The translations under genes and the position numbers were made by a program. DNA of 32,000 nucleotides from an uncultured Opitutales bacterium (GTDB taxonomy: Bacteria; Verrucomicrobiota; Verrucomicrobiia; Opitutales; Intestinicryptomonadaceae), in the NCBI GenBank assembly GCA_934613415.1, contig CAKTSY010000002.1, positions 30,001 to 62,000 on the forward strand, read 5' to 3'. Of this stretch, positions 9,573 through 17,322 are shown in pieces (positions within the stretch are counted from its first letter, which is position 1; every line of letters starts with the position of its first letter). The notes under the pieces are model-generated. The model was given only the letters and a program-made list of their open reading frames with translations. It was not told where the DNA came from and searched no databases.

Positions 9573-10700
9573 CTACTTGGCAAAGAATTTTTTTATAGTG
9601 TCGGTTGTATACTTAAGCTGTTCCTTTGTAAGGTCGGGGTATACGGGCAGAGCCAAACATCTTTTTGCGATGCTTTCCGCAACGGGCATATCGCCTACTT
9701 TATAGCCCAAAGGCTTAAAGCATTCCTGCAAGTGCAGGGGAACTGGATAATATATTTCGCAGCCAATTTCGTTTTCGCGCAGGTACGACATAAGAGCGTC
9801 GCGCCTGTCTGTTAAAATTACAAACTGGTTGTATATGTGCCTGTTGCCAGCCATTGTTTGCGGAAGAGTAATTTCGGATACGTCCTTAAGCTCTTGCGCG
9901 TAAAATTCGGCGTGTTGGGCGCGGGCTTTGTGCCAGCTTTCAAGGTATTTCATCTTTACGGTTAGCCCTGCCGCCTGCAGGCTGTCTAGCCTAAAGTTGC
10001 CGCCAACCCATTTGTGGTAGTAGCGCGGTTCCATGCCGTGGTTGCGCACCTGCCTAAGCTTTTCGGCAAGCGAGTCGTCGTTGCAAACAACCATGCCGCC
10101 GTCGCCAAAGCCGCCCAAATTTTTGCTCGGGAAAAAGCTAAAGCAGCCCGCGTCGCCAAAAGTGCCCGCCTTTTTGCCGTTTTGCATTGTGCCTATCGAC
10201 TGGCAAGCGTCTTCAACCACCTTTAGGTTGTGCTTTTTGGCAATTTCCATAATTTCGTACATGTCTGCACACTGCCCGAAAAGGTGTACGGGAATAATTG
10301 CCTTTGTTCTTTCGGTTATTTTCTCTTCAATTAAGCCGCAGTTTATGTTGAAGGAAACGGGGTCTATGTCTACAAAAACGGGTTTTGCCCCGGCGCGCCA
10401 TACGCTGCCTGCCGTTGCAAAGAAGGTGAATGTCGGCACAATAACTTCGGGCGCAGGCTCGTTCTCGACGGGGCTTCTGCCAATGCCGAGCGAAAGCAGG
10501 CTTGCCAAAATCGCGTCGGTGCCGCTTGACACACCGAAAGCGTGTTTGCAGCCGCAGTAGTCGGCAACAATCTTTTCCAACTCGGCAATTTGCGGGCCGC
10601 CTATAAAGTGTTGCGAATCGAACACTTTTGCGAAGGCTTCTTTTAGCTCGCTTTCCATTGAAAGGTATTGGGGTTTTAAATCAAGCAGTGGAACTTTCAT
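9573..10700 (-). CDS. DegT/DnrJ/EryC1/StrS-family PLP-dependent sugar aminotransferase
   Basis: 375 aa. Family pattern seen in FIGGPQIAELE, GTDAILASL, EDACQSIG and FSFFPSKNLGGFGDGG (PLP lysine). Confidence 0.9.
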   Translation of the reverse strand: MKVPLLDLKPQYLSMESELKEAFAKVFDSQHFIGGPQIAELEKIVADYCGCKHAFGVSSGTDAILASLLSLGIGRSPVENEPAPEVIVPTFTFFATAGSVWRAGAKPVFVDIDPVSFNINCGLIEEKITERTKAIIPVHLFGQCADMYEIMEIAKKHNLKVVEDACQSIGTMQNGKKAGTFGDAGCFSFFPSKNLGGFGDGGMVVCNDDSLAEKLRQVRNHGMEPRYYHKWVGGNFRLDSLQAAGLTVKMKYLESWHKARAQHAEFYAQELKDVSEITLPQTMAGNRHIYNQFVILTDRRDALMSYLRENEIGCEIYYPVPLHLQECFKPLGYKVGDMPVAESIAKRCLALPVYPDLTKEQLKYTTDTIKKFFAK

Positions 10701-10720
10701 AGTTTGTTATATAAAATTTG

Positions 10721-12049
10721 TTAGTGTGGGAACAACAGCATTTCGTTTATTCTCGACAACGTCGAAAAATGCAATGTTGCAAAGGGTTTGTCGTTTATGA
10801 ATATCTCCCTTTTTTCGGGAAATTTCAAGCCGTCCGAAAAGATTTTTTTGTTCGAGAATAAAATTTTAAACGACATTTGCTCGGCTTCGTAACAAATGCT
10901 TTTTATGTCGCCGCTTTGCTTGTCGAAAAAGTATTCGTAGGTTCTTGAGGGCGTTGTAACTTTAAGCGAGCAAAGCGATTTGTCGGGCGAGTCTTTGCCG
11001 CGAACAATCTCTATTCTGCGCGAGTCGCTCGAAAGCCCGCCAAAGGGGAACGCCTTTGCAAGCAAAACTTCGTCGAACAAAAACAGCGATTTTAAGGCTT
11101 CGTTTTCGGCAAATTCCAACGCCTGACTTGGACCCGAAACGGTTGCCGTTAGCAGCTTTCTGCCCAAAGTGTATTCGGGTATAAAATACGCCGCCGAAAC
11201 GCCGTTTGTGTCGGTCGTTTTTAGATAGGTATTGCCGTTTCGGTTTTTTATTACCCTTAAAGCGTAGTTTTTGCCCTGAATTGTTGCAGTGCCTCGCATA
11301 AGCTCGTCTCTCGAGCGCGAAATGGTTTCGAACAGGCCCGTAGCTTTGTAGAACTTTTTTATTATGTTGTTTGCTTCGCTGTTTGGCAGCTTCCAAAACT
11401 TTTTTTCGTCTTTTTCTTCGGGCGAAATGCCGTCGCCGTCTTCTGCCATAGCCATTCTGTCGGAATACGAATTGGCTTTGGAGCTTGTTAAAACCCAGGT
11501 AACCAAAACGCCCAAGCCCGACAACAACGCGCCCGTCAAAATTATTATCGACACCGTTTTTATGAACGAAACTTTGCGCTCTTTTTCGAGGGCAATAGCC
11601 TCCATTTGTTCGGCGTTTTTTTGAATTTCGCTTTGGCGGCGTTTAAGTTCGGCGTCGTCTACAAGGTCTTTGCCTTTTTTTTCGAAAGGTTCGTCTTCTA
11701 CATATTCAAAATCGGGTTCGGCTTCGAAATTGGAATCTTCAAAATAAGCCGAATGCATATCGACAGACGAATTTTCGCCGTTTTCGCTTGAAGATGGATT
11801 TTCTTCAACCTCTTCGTAGCCTGCGTCTTTAAAGGCAGCAAGGTGTTCTTTGTCGATTTCTATTTCTTCAAAAACTTCCTCTTCTTCGAATTCGGGCGGA
11901 GGAGGAAAGCCGCCCCTAAACGGCGGAGGCGGCGGTATAAAATAGGGCGGTAGGGGAGGGGGAAAGGGAGGAGGCGTAAAAGGTGCGCCGCTTTCGGGCA
12001 TCTTTCGCTTCCTTAGCCTTGGGTTTACCTCGTTGCCGCCCTTTTGCAT
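10721..12049 (-). CDS. Single-pass membrane protein with an N-terminal polyproline/acidic region and a C-terminal extracytoplasmic domain, function unknown
   Basis: 442 aa. Residues 23-52 read PFTPPPFPPPLPPYFIPPPPPFRGGFPPPP, followed by a long E/D-rich stretch. The TM helix is at about 162-187 (FIKTVSIIILTGALLSGLGVLVTWVL), preceded by KERK. The true start could be Met17. Confidence 0.6.
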   Translation of the reverse strand: MQKGGNEVNPRLRKRKMPESGAPFTPPPFPPPLPPYFIPPPPPFRGGFPPPPEFEEEEVFEEIEIDKEHLAAFKDAGYEEVEENPSSSENGENSSVDMHSAYFEDSNFEAEPDFEYVEDEPFEKKGKDLVDDAELKRRQSEIQKNAEQMEAIALEKERKVSFIKTVSIIILTGALLSGLGVLVTWVLTSSKANSYSDRMAMAEDGDGISPEEKDEKKFWKLPNSEANNIIKKFYKATGLFETISRSRDELMRGTATIQGKNYALRVIKNRNGNTYLKTTDTNGVSAAYFIPEYTLGRKLLTATVSGPSQALEFAENEALKSLFLFDEVLLAKAFPFGGLSSDSRRIEIVRGKDSPDKSLCSLKVTTPSRTYEYFFDKQSGDIKSICYEAEQMSFKILFSNKKIFSDGLKFPEKREIFINDKPFATLHFSTLSRINEMLLFPH

Positions 12050-12059
12050 TTACAAAAAA

Positions 12060-13541
12060 CTACAAAACTTCTACCGAAACTTTGTGGGCTGTGCCGTTAA
12101 CTTTAACCGAAAAATATTTTGGCGATTTGTCGGAAAGAGTTGTTGTTGCCGCAGCCTCAGCGGGTTTTGCGCTTTCGGGCTTTTTAAGCGCGTATACGCT
12201 TTTGGGCTTTGTATACAAGTCTTCCAAAGGCTTGGGGAACATAGCGTAGATAACGGCGTGTTCGTCGTCGTCTTTAATACCCTTTTCGCGCAACTGCTTC
12301 TTAAGGTTTTCCATATTCGGGGCAACCAAGTCGGCGGGGCGTACGTCTATGGGCTTTTTGCCCGATTTCTTCTCTGCTAAGGCTCTAATTTCCGGGTCTA
12401 CAGGGGCGGGAGTGCGGCCGTAATAGCCCAAAGCTATGTCCATAGCCTGTGGCGTAAACATATTCCAACGGCCGAACTTTACGTTCATCATCGCCTGTGT
12501 GCCCACAATCTGCGAAGTGGGTGTTACCAAAGGTATCCAGCCAAGCTTTTCCCTTACATAGGGAACTTCGTTAAACACCTCGTCGAACTTGTTTTCCATA
12601 TGTTGTTCTTTAAGCTGGTTGCGGAAGTTCGAAAGCATGCCGCCGGGAACTTGGTATTTGAGAACATCGGGGTCTATAACTTCGTTTGCGCGCATTGTGT
12701 AGGCCCCCAAAACGTCTTTGTAAACGCCTTCAAAATATTTCCTTAAGTCGGCAAGCTTTTTTAGGTCGTATTCGGGCTTGCGCGGGTGTTCGGCAAGCAT
12801 AGCCAACATTCTTACAGTGTCGGGCTGGCCGGTGCCGTTTGCAAAGGGCGAAATCGAAGTGTCGATTGCGTCAACCCCCGCGTCTATTGCGGCATAGTAG
12901 GAGGCGGCCCCCATGCCCGCAGTGTCGTGCGTGTGCATCCAAACGGGAATTTTAACAGTTTCTTTTAAAGCCTTAACCAATTTATAGGTTATATAGGGGG
13001 GTATAAGACCCGCCATATCCTTGATTACAATGGCGTCGCAACCCATTTCTTCAAGTTCCTTGCCCATTTGGGTGAACTTTTCTATTGTATGAACGGGGCT
13101 AGACGTATAGCAAATTGTGCCGTGGGCTTCTTTGCCTGCTTCTTTTGCCGCTTCTATTGCGCAACGCATATTGCGCGTGTCGTTCAAAGCGTCGAATATT
13201 CTGAAAATATCCATACCGTGCTTTGCCGAAGTCTTTACAAAGGCTTTAACTACGTCGTCGGGGTAGTGCTGGTAGGCGACAATGTTTTGTCCGCGCAACA
13301 GCATCATATGCTTTGTGTTAGGGCAAAGCTTCTTTAAAGTGTCGAGCCTGTCGAAGGGGAATTCCCCCAAAAAGCGCAAGCCTGCGTCGATGGTAGCTCC
13401 GCCCCAAGTTTCGAGTGCGCCAAACCCCATGCTGTCTAATATGGAGCAAACGGGTTCCATCACTTCGGTTGGCATTCTTGTTGCGGCCAACGATTGGTGG
13501 CCGTCCCTCAATACGGTGTTGTTAAATACTACAGGTTTCAT
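12060..13541 (-). CDS. Pyruvate/oxaloacetate carboxyltransferase (OadA / PycB / transcarboxylase 5S-like) without a biotinyl domain
   Basis: 493 aa with an HMGL-like TIM barrel (NNTVLRDGHQSL, WGGATID, HTHDTAGMG). It ends with an Ala/Pro linker and KYFSVKVNGTAHKVSVEVL. There is no AMKM biotinylation motif. Confidence 0.85.
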   Translation of the reverse strand: MKPVVFNNTVLRDGHQSLAATRMPTEVMEPVCSILDSMGFGALETWGGATIDAGLRFLGEFPFDRLDTLKKLCPNTKHMMLLRGQNIVAYQHYPDDVVKAFVKTSAKHGMDIFRIFDALNDTRNMRCAIEAAKEAGKEAHGTICYTSSPVHTIEKFTQMGKELEEMGCDAIVIKDMAGLIPPYITYKLVKALKETVKIPVWMHTHDTAGMGAASYYAAIDAGVDAIDTSISPFANGTGQPDTVRMLAMLAEHPRKPEYDLKKLADLRKYFEGVYKDVLGAYTMRANEVIDPDVLKYQVPGGMLSNFRNQLKEQHMENKFDEVFNEVPYVREKLGWIPLVTPTSQIVGTQAMMNVKFGRWNMFTPQAMDIALGYYGRTPAPVDPEIRALAEKKSGKKPIDVRPADLVAPNMENLKKQLREKGIKDDDEHAVIYAMFPKPLEDLYTKPKSVYALKKPESAKPAEAAATTTLSDKSPKYFSVKVNGTAHKVSVEVL

Positions 13542-13717
13542 AATTGACCGTAAATGAAATTACATATTAAACCGTTTTGCAAGAAATATCGGCGGTTTTT
13601 TGGCATATTTTTAGATTTTATTTTTCGTGTGCATACCCCGCAATTTTCAAGCTTATTTAGCACGTTTTTCGAATGCAAAAAGAGGGCGTATACAGGGTTG
13701 TTTTCGGGCAAAAAACA

Positions 13718-13746
13718 TTGACAAATTTGGATTTGTTTTGGAAAAT
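13718..13746 (+). promoter_or_regulatory. Candidate sigma70-type promoter for the rhamnosidase gene
   Basis: TTGACA (13718-13723), a 17-nt spacer, then GAAAAT (13741-13746), about 45 nt upstream of the ATG. The -10 is weak and the host sigma consensus is unknown. Confidence 0.3.
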
Positions 13747-13789
13747 GAGCAGCGCAATTAAAAAATGTTAACGTTAACGAGTATTATAT

Positions 13790-16525
13790 ATGATTAAGAA
13801 TATCCTAAAGGGGGCGGCTTTTTTGTGCGTCGCAATTTCGGCAACATGGCTTTATGCAGACAAACCTTTCGGGCTTACAAGCGGCAAACAGTTTACAGAC
13901 CCGCTGGGCTTGAATATGCAAGATGCGGTATTTTCGTGGAAGATTCCCGTAGGTAAAATGCAGCAGGCATACAACGTTCAATTTTGGTCTCCCGATATGA
14001 AAATTTTATGGGCCGATACCGGAATGCGCCGAGGCAAAGTTTCTGTGGCAAGGCCGTTAGACAGCTCTATGCGTTTTGAGGGCGCAACAAAATATTTGTG
14101 GAGGGTAAAAGTTTCGTATACCGACGGTACCCAAAGCGACTGGTCGGACTTTGCCGCAATAGAAACGGGGCTTACAAGCAACAGCCAGTGGCAGCCCGCA
14201 AAATGGTTAAGCACGCCCAAAGCCCCCGAAGTTAGAAACGCGAAAACGCGTAGGGGCGAAGATGTTGTGCAAAAGTGGATTGCCCCCACCTATTTTAGAA
14301 AAACTTTTAACATAGATAAAACCGAAATGGCTTCGGCAAGGTGCTACGTTGCGGTAAAAGGCATATTCCAAGCCTACCTAAACGGAAAGAAAATTGGCGA
14401 CGACTTTTGGAGCACGGGGTGGACCGACTACAACAAGCGCATACAAACCAACACATACGACATAACCGATTTGCTTGAAAACGGCAACAACGCAATTTCT
14501 GCGATTGCAGCCGACGGTTGGTATGGCGGGCGTTTAACTTGGCACAACCTTAAAAATTTGTACGGCGAAAAGCCCGAAATTTTGGTAAAAATACGCATAA
14601 CGAAAAAAGACGGTTCTGTTTTTGAAGTTAACAGCGACCAAACTTGGAAGTGCGGACATTTTGCGATTTTAGAGGCCGACATATACGACGGCGAAACTTA
14701 CGATGCCAATTTAGAGCCGAAGGGTTGGAAGCAGGCCTCCTTTAAGGAAGATGCAAAATGGACAAGCCCCGTTGCAAAGGATATTGCCGAAAAGCCCCTG
14801 CTAGAGCCCCGTCGCAACCAGCCCATTAGGGCAAATTTGCAGATTAACCCCGTTTCGGTAAGAGAGCTAAAAGAGGGGGTATACATTTTCGATTTCGGAC
14901 AAAATTTGGTTGGCGTTCCGCAATTTAAGCTAAAGGGCGAAAAGGGGCAAAAAATAACATTGCGCTATGCTGAAATGCTTAAAGACGACCAAACTTTGTA
15001 TACCGACAACTACCGAAGCGCAAAGTCTACAGACTATTATACGTTTTCGGGCGAAAAAGACGGCGAGGAATATGCGCCCGTATTTACATTCCACGGCTTT
15101 AGGTATTTGGAAATTTCGGGTTTAAAAGAAAAGCCCTCTCTAAATTCGGTAAAAGCATTGGTAATGTATAACGATATGGAGCTAACGGGCAGTTTTCGCT
15201 GCTCTAACGAAATGCTAAACCGCCTGCAAAGCAATATACAATGGGGGCAAAGGGGCAACTTTTTCTCGGTTCCTACCGACTGCCCGCAAAGAGACGAGCG
15301 TTTGGGTTGGACGGGCGACGCCCAAGTATTTTGTTCGACGGCAGCCTATAATATGAACGTTTTGGGCTTCTTTACAAAGTGGTGCCTTGATATGGCCGAC
15401 TCGCAGCTGCCCGACGGAAAAATTCCCAGCGTTGTGCCTTTGGTAAAAGGCGTAGAAGGCGACGGCTCGCCCGCGTGGAGCGACGCGGTTGTAATTTGCC
15501 CTTGGCAAATCTACTTGGCCTACGGCGACTTTAGCGTTGTAAAAAATACATATCCTGCAATGAAGAAGTGGATGTATTTTCAGCGCGACCATTCTAAAGG
15601 TTTGATAAGGCAGGACTGCGGTTTTGGCGATTGGCTTCAGCCCAAGCAAAAGAATAAACAACTTAGGGGCGATACCCCCAGAAGTCTGATAGGCACCGCC
15701 TACTATGCCGAATGCGCAAGGATTATCGAACAAAGTGCCAAGAAATTAAAGTATGCAAACGACGTAAAAAATTACGGCCAGCTTAAAGACAAAATAAAAG
15801 ACGCCTATTGCAAGGCCTTTGTAAAAGAGTCGGGATTAGTTGAAGGCGACACGCAAACGGCGTATTTGCTTACCCTTGCTTTCGATATGGTAAAAGATAA
15901 GAGCTTAAGGGCAAAAGTGTTCGCAAAATTCCTTGAAAGGCTGGAAAAAGACGGCAATACGCTAAATACAGGCTTTGTGGGAACTCCGTTGATTTTAGAC
16001 GTTCTTAGCCGTTTTGGCCGCACCGACTTAGCCTATAAAGTTTTGCAAACGCCCGAATATCCATCGTGGATATACTCGATAAACCAGGGGGCTACAACAA
16101 TGTGGGAAAGGTGGAACAGCTATTCTAAAGACGCAGGCTTTGGCCCCGTTTCGATGAACTCGTTTAACCACTATGCGTACGGCGCAGTCGGTAAATGGAT
16201 GTATGCAAATATTGCAGGCATAGACAATCAAACGGGCTCGGTAGGCTATGGCACAATAAGGTTTGCTCCGCAAATAGGCGGTGGCATAACAAACGCTGCC
16301 AGCGAATATCAATCGGCATACGGCGAAATTTCAAGCTCGTGGCGCATTGTAGACGGCAAAAAAGTTGTGTGGAAAATTACAGCTCCGGGCAACACAAATG
16401 CCTATATTGTCGTTCCAAAAGAATGCAATTGGAAAGAGTCTACAATAAACGGCAAACCGCTAGAAAAGCGCGCAATAACATTGCCCAGCGGCAAATACGT
16501 TTTGGAAATGCCGCTAAATAAATAG
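13790..16525 (+). CDS. Alpha-L-rhamnosidase, glycoside hydrolase family 78, secreted
   Basis: 911 aa with a signal peptide. GH78 hallmarks are FHGFRYLEI and PTDCPQRDERLGWTGDAQVF, plus an (alpha/alpha)6 C-terminal region. Confidence 0.93.
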   Translation: MIKNILKGAAFLCVAISATWLYADKPFGLTSGKQFTDPLGLNMQDAVFSWKIPVGKMQQAYNVQFWSPDMKILWADTGMRRGKVSVARPLDSSMRFEGATKYLWRVKVSYTDGTQSDWSDFAAIETGLTSNSQWQPAKWLSTPKAPEVRNAKTRRGEDVVQKWIAPTYFRKTFNIDKTEMASARCYVAVKGIFQAYLNGKKIGDDFWSTGWTDYNKRIQTNTYDITDLLENGNNAISAIAADGWYGGRLTWHNLKNLYGEKPEILVKIRITKKDGSVFEVNSDQTWKCGHFAILEADIYDGETYDANLEPKGWKQASFKEDAKWTSPVAKDIAEKPLLEPRRNQPIRANLQINPVSVRELKEGVYIFDFGQNLVGVPQFKLKGEKGQKITLRYAEMLKDDQTLYTDNYRSAKSTDYYTFSGEKDGEEYAPVFTFHGFRYLEISGLKEKPSLNSVKALVMYNDMELTGSFRCSNEMLNRLQSNIQWGQRGNFFSVPTDCPQRDERLGWTGDAQVFCSTAAYNMNVLGFFTKWCLDMADSQLPDGKIPSVVPLVKGVEGDGSPAWSDAVVICPWQIYLAYGDFSVVKNTYPAMKKWMYFQRDHSKGLIRQDCGFGDWLQPKQKNKQLRGDTPRSLIGTAYYAECARIIEQSAKKLKYANDVKNYGQLKDKIKDAYCKAFVKESGLVEGDTQTAYLLTLAFDMVKDKSLRAKVFAKFLERLEKDGNTLNTGFVGTPLILDVLSRFGRTDLAYKVLQTPEYPSWIYSINQGATTMWERWNSYSKDAGFGPVSMNSFNHYAYGAVGKWMYANIAGIDNQTGSVGYGTIRFAPQIGGGITNAASEYQSAYGEISSSWRIVDGKKVVWKITAPGNTNAYIVVPKECNWKESTINGKPLEKRAITLPSGKYVLEMPLNK

Positions 16526-16568
16526 CAGAAAAGTTTTTGGGCTTTTGCCTAAGTTAGTATACAACACA

Positions 16569-16610
16569 AAGCCGCCGCAAATTAAAAAATTTGCGGCGGC
16601 TTCTTTGTTC
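16569..16610 (+). terminator. Intrinsic terminator after the rhamnosidase gene
   Basis: A perfect 15-bp stem, AAGCCGCCGCAAATT (16569-16583) paired with AATTTGCGGCGGCTT (16588-16602), with a 4-nt loop, followed by a T-rich CTTTGTT. Confidence 0.8.
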
Positions 16611-16683
16611 GCGTGGCATTCGCCTTTTGTCTCTTTTGTATATTTAATAGGCAATCCCTATGCCAGACAACTATGCGCAAAAA

Positions 16684-16780
16684 TATACAAATTTTGTATA
16701 ATATTGCTTTGTTTTTGTAAATTTATACGCAATTCGTATATTATTCTTGATTTTTGTAAAATTTATACGATTATTGTATA
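16684..16780 (+). promoter_or_regulatory. Array of three phased TATAC-N7-GTATA palindromes, putative HipB operators
   Basis: The copies are TATACAAATTTTGTATA (16684-16700), TATACGCAATTCGTATA (16724-16740) and TATACGATTATTGTATA (16764-16780). Their starts are exactly 40 bp apart, and the last ends 3 nt before the hipB ATG. Confidence 0.6.
16715..16742 (+). promoter_or_regulatory. Candidate hipBST promoter overlapping the middle operator
   Basis: TTGTAA (16715-16720), a 16-nt spacer, then TATATT (16737-16742). The -10 overlaps the right arm of the second palindrome. Confidence 0.35.
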
Positions 16781-16783
16781 AAA

Positions 16784-16999
16784 ATGAGCGAGCAACTGAA
16801 AGATTTTGTAAAATCCCGACGCAAGGAATTGAAAATGACGCAACAGTCTCTTGCCGACAAGAGCGGCGTTGGCATTCATTTTGTTCGCGATATAGAGCAG
16901 GGCAAGCAAGACCTTCGCATAAAAAAAGTAAATCAAGTTTTGTTTATGTTCGGCGCAAAGCTAGCCCCCGTTGCACTCGATAAGGAGGATAGGCAATGA
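16784..16999 (+). CDS. hipB: XRE-family HTH protein, HipB-like component of a tripartite HipBST module
   Basis: 71 aa with an HTH_3 pattern (RRKELKMTQQSLADKSGVGIHFVRDIEQGKQDLRIKKVNQVL). Its stop overlaps the next start as ATGA. Confidence 0.75.
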   Translation: MSEQLKDFVKSRRKELKMTQQSLADKSGVGIHFVRDIEQGKQDLRIKKVNQVLFMFGAKLAPVALDKEDRQ

Positions 17000-17322
17000 G
17001 AAGCGCAAAGATTTTTTTTAAAGACGTGTTTGCAGGAACATTGCGCGAAACGGAGGCGGGCTACGAATTTGTCTACGACGAAAACTACCTTCGCGCAGAA
17101 TCCGCCCAACCTGTAAGCCTTACTTTGCCGCTTCGAATTGCTCCGTATACGCAAAAAACGCTCTTTTCGTTTTTTGACGGACTTATTCCGGAAGGCTGGT
17201 TGCTTGATTTTGCCGCGCAAACTTGGAAACTTGACCCCCGCGACAGAATGGGGCTTTTGCTTGCATGTTGCAAAGATTGCATAGGCGCAGTTAGTGTTGT
17301 AGGAGCCGAGCACGACAAATGA
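16996..17322 (+). CDS. hipS: HipS-like protein (stand-alone HipA N-terminal domain), putative antitoxin
   Basis: 108 aa with HipA N-terminal/Couple_hipA motifs (FFDGLIPEGWLL, DRMGLLLACCKDCIGAVSV). There is a strong SD, AAGGAGG (16982-16988), and ATGA overlaps on both sides. Confidence 0.8.
   Translation: MRSAKIFFKDVFAGTLRETEAGYEFVYDENYLRAESAQPVSLTLPLRIAPYTQKTLFSFFDGLIPEGWLLDFAAQTWKLDPRDRMGLLLACCKDCIGAVSVVGAEHDK

Noticed and set aside
13767-13799. A shared AACGTTAAC word and a near-identical ATATATGAT(GAT)TAAGAA start region, upstream of the rhamnosidase (13767-13799) and of the last ORF (31007-31050).
   Set aside because: The distance from the motif to the start codon differs (11 versus 21 nt). 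The palindrome is short and AT-rich. The similarity at the start codon is explained by both proteins beginning M(M)IK(N/K). Two instances are not enough to call a regulon site.
16545-16781. A 78-aa ORF in the rhamnosidase-hipB intergenic region.
   Set aside because: It spans the rhamnosidase terminator hairpin and the operator repeat array. Its translation is dominated by the AT-rich repeats, so regulatory DNA explains the region better.
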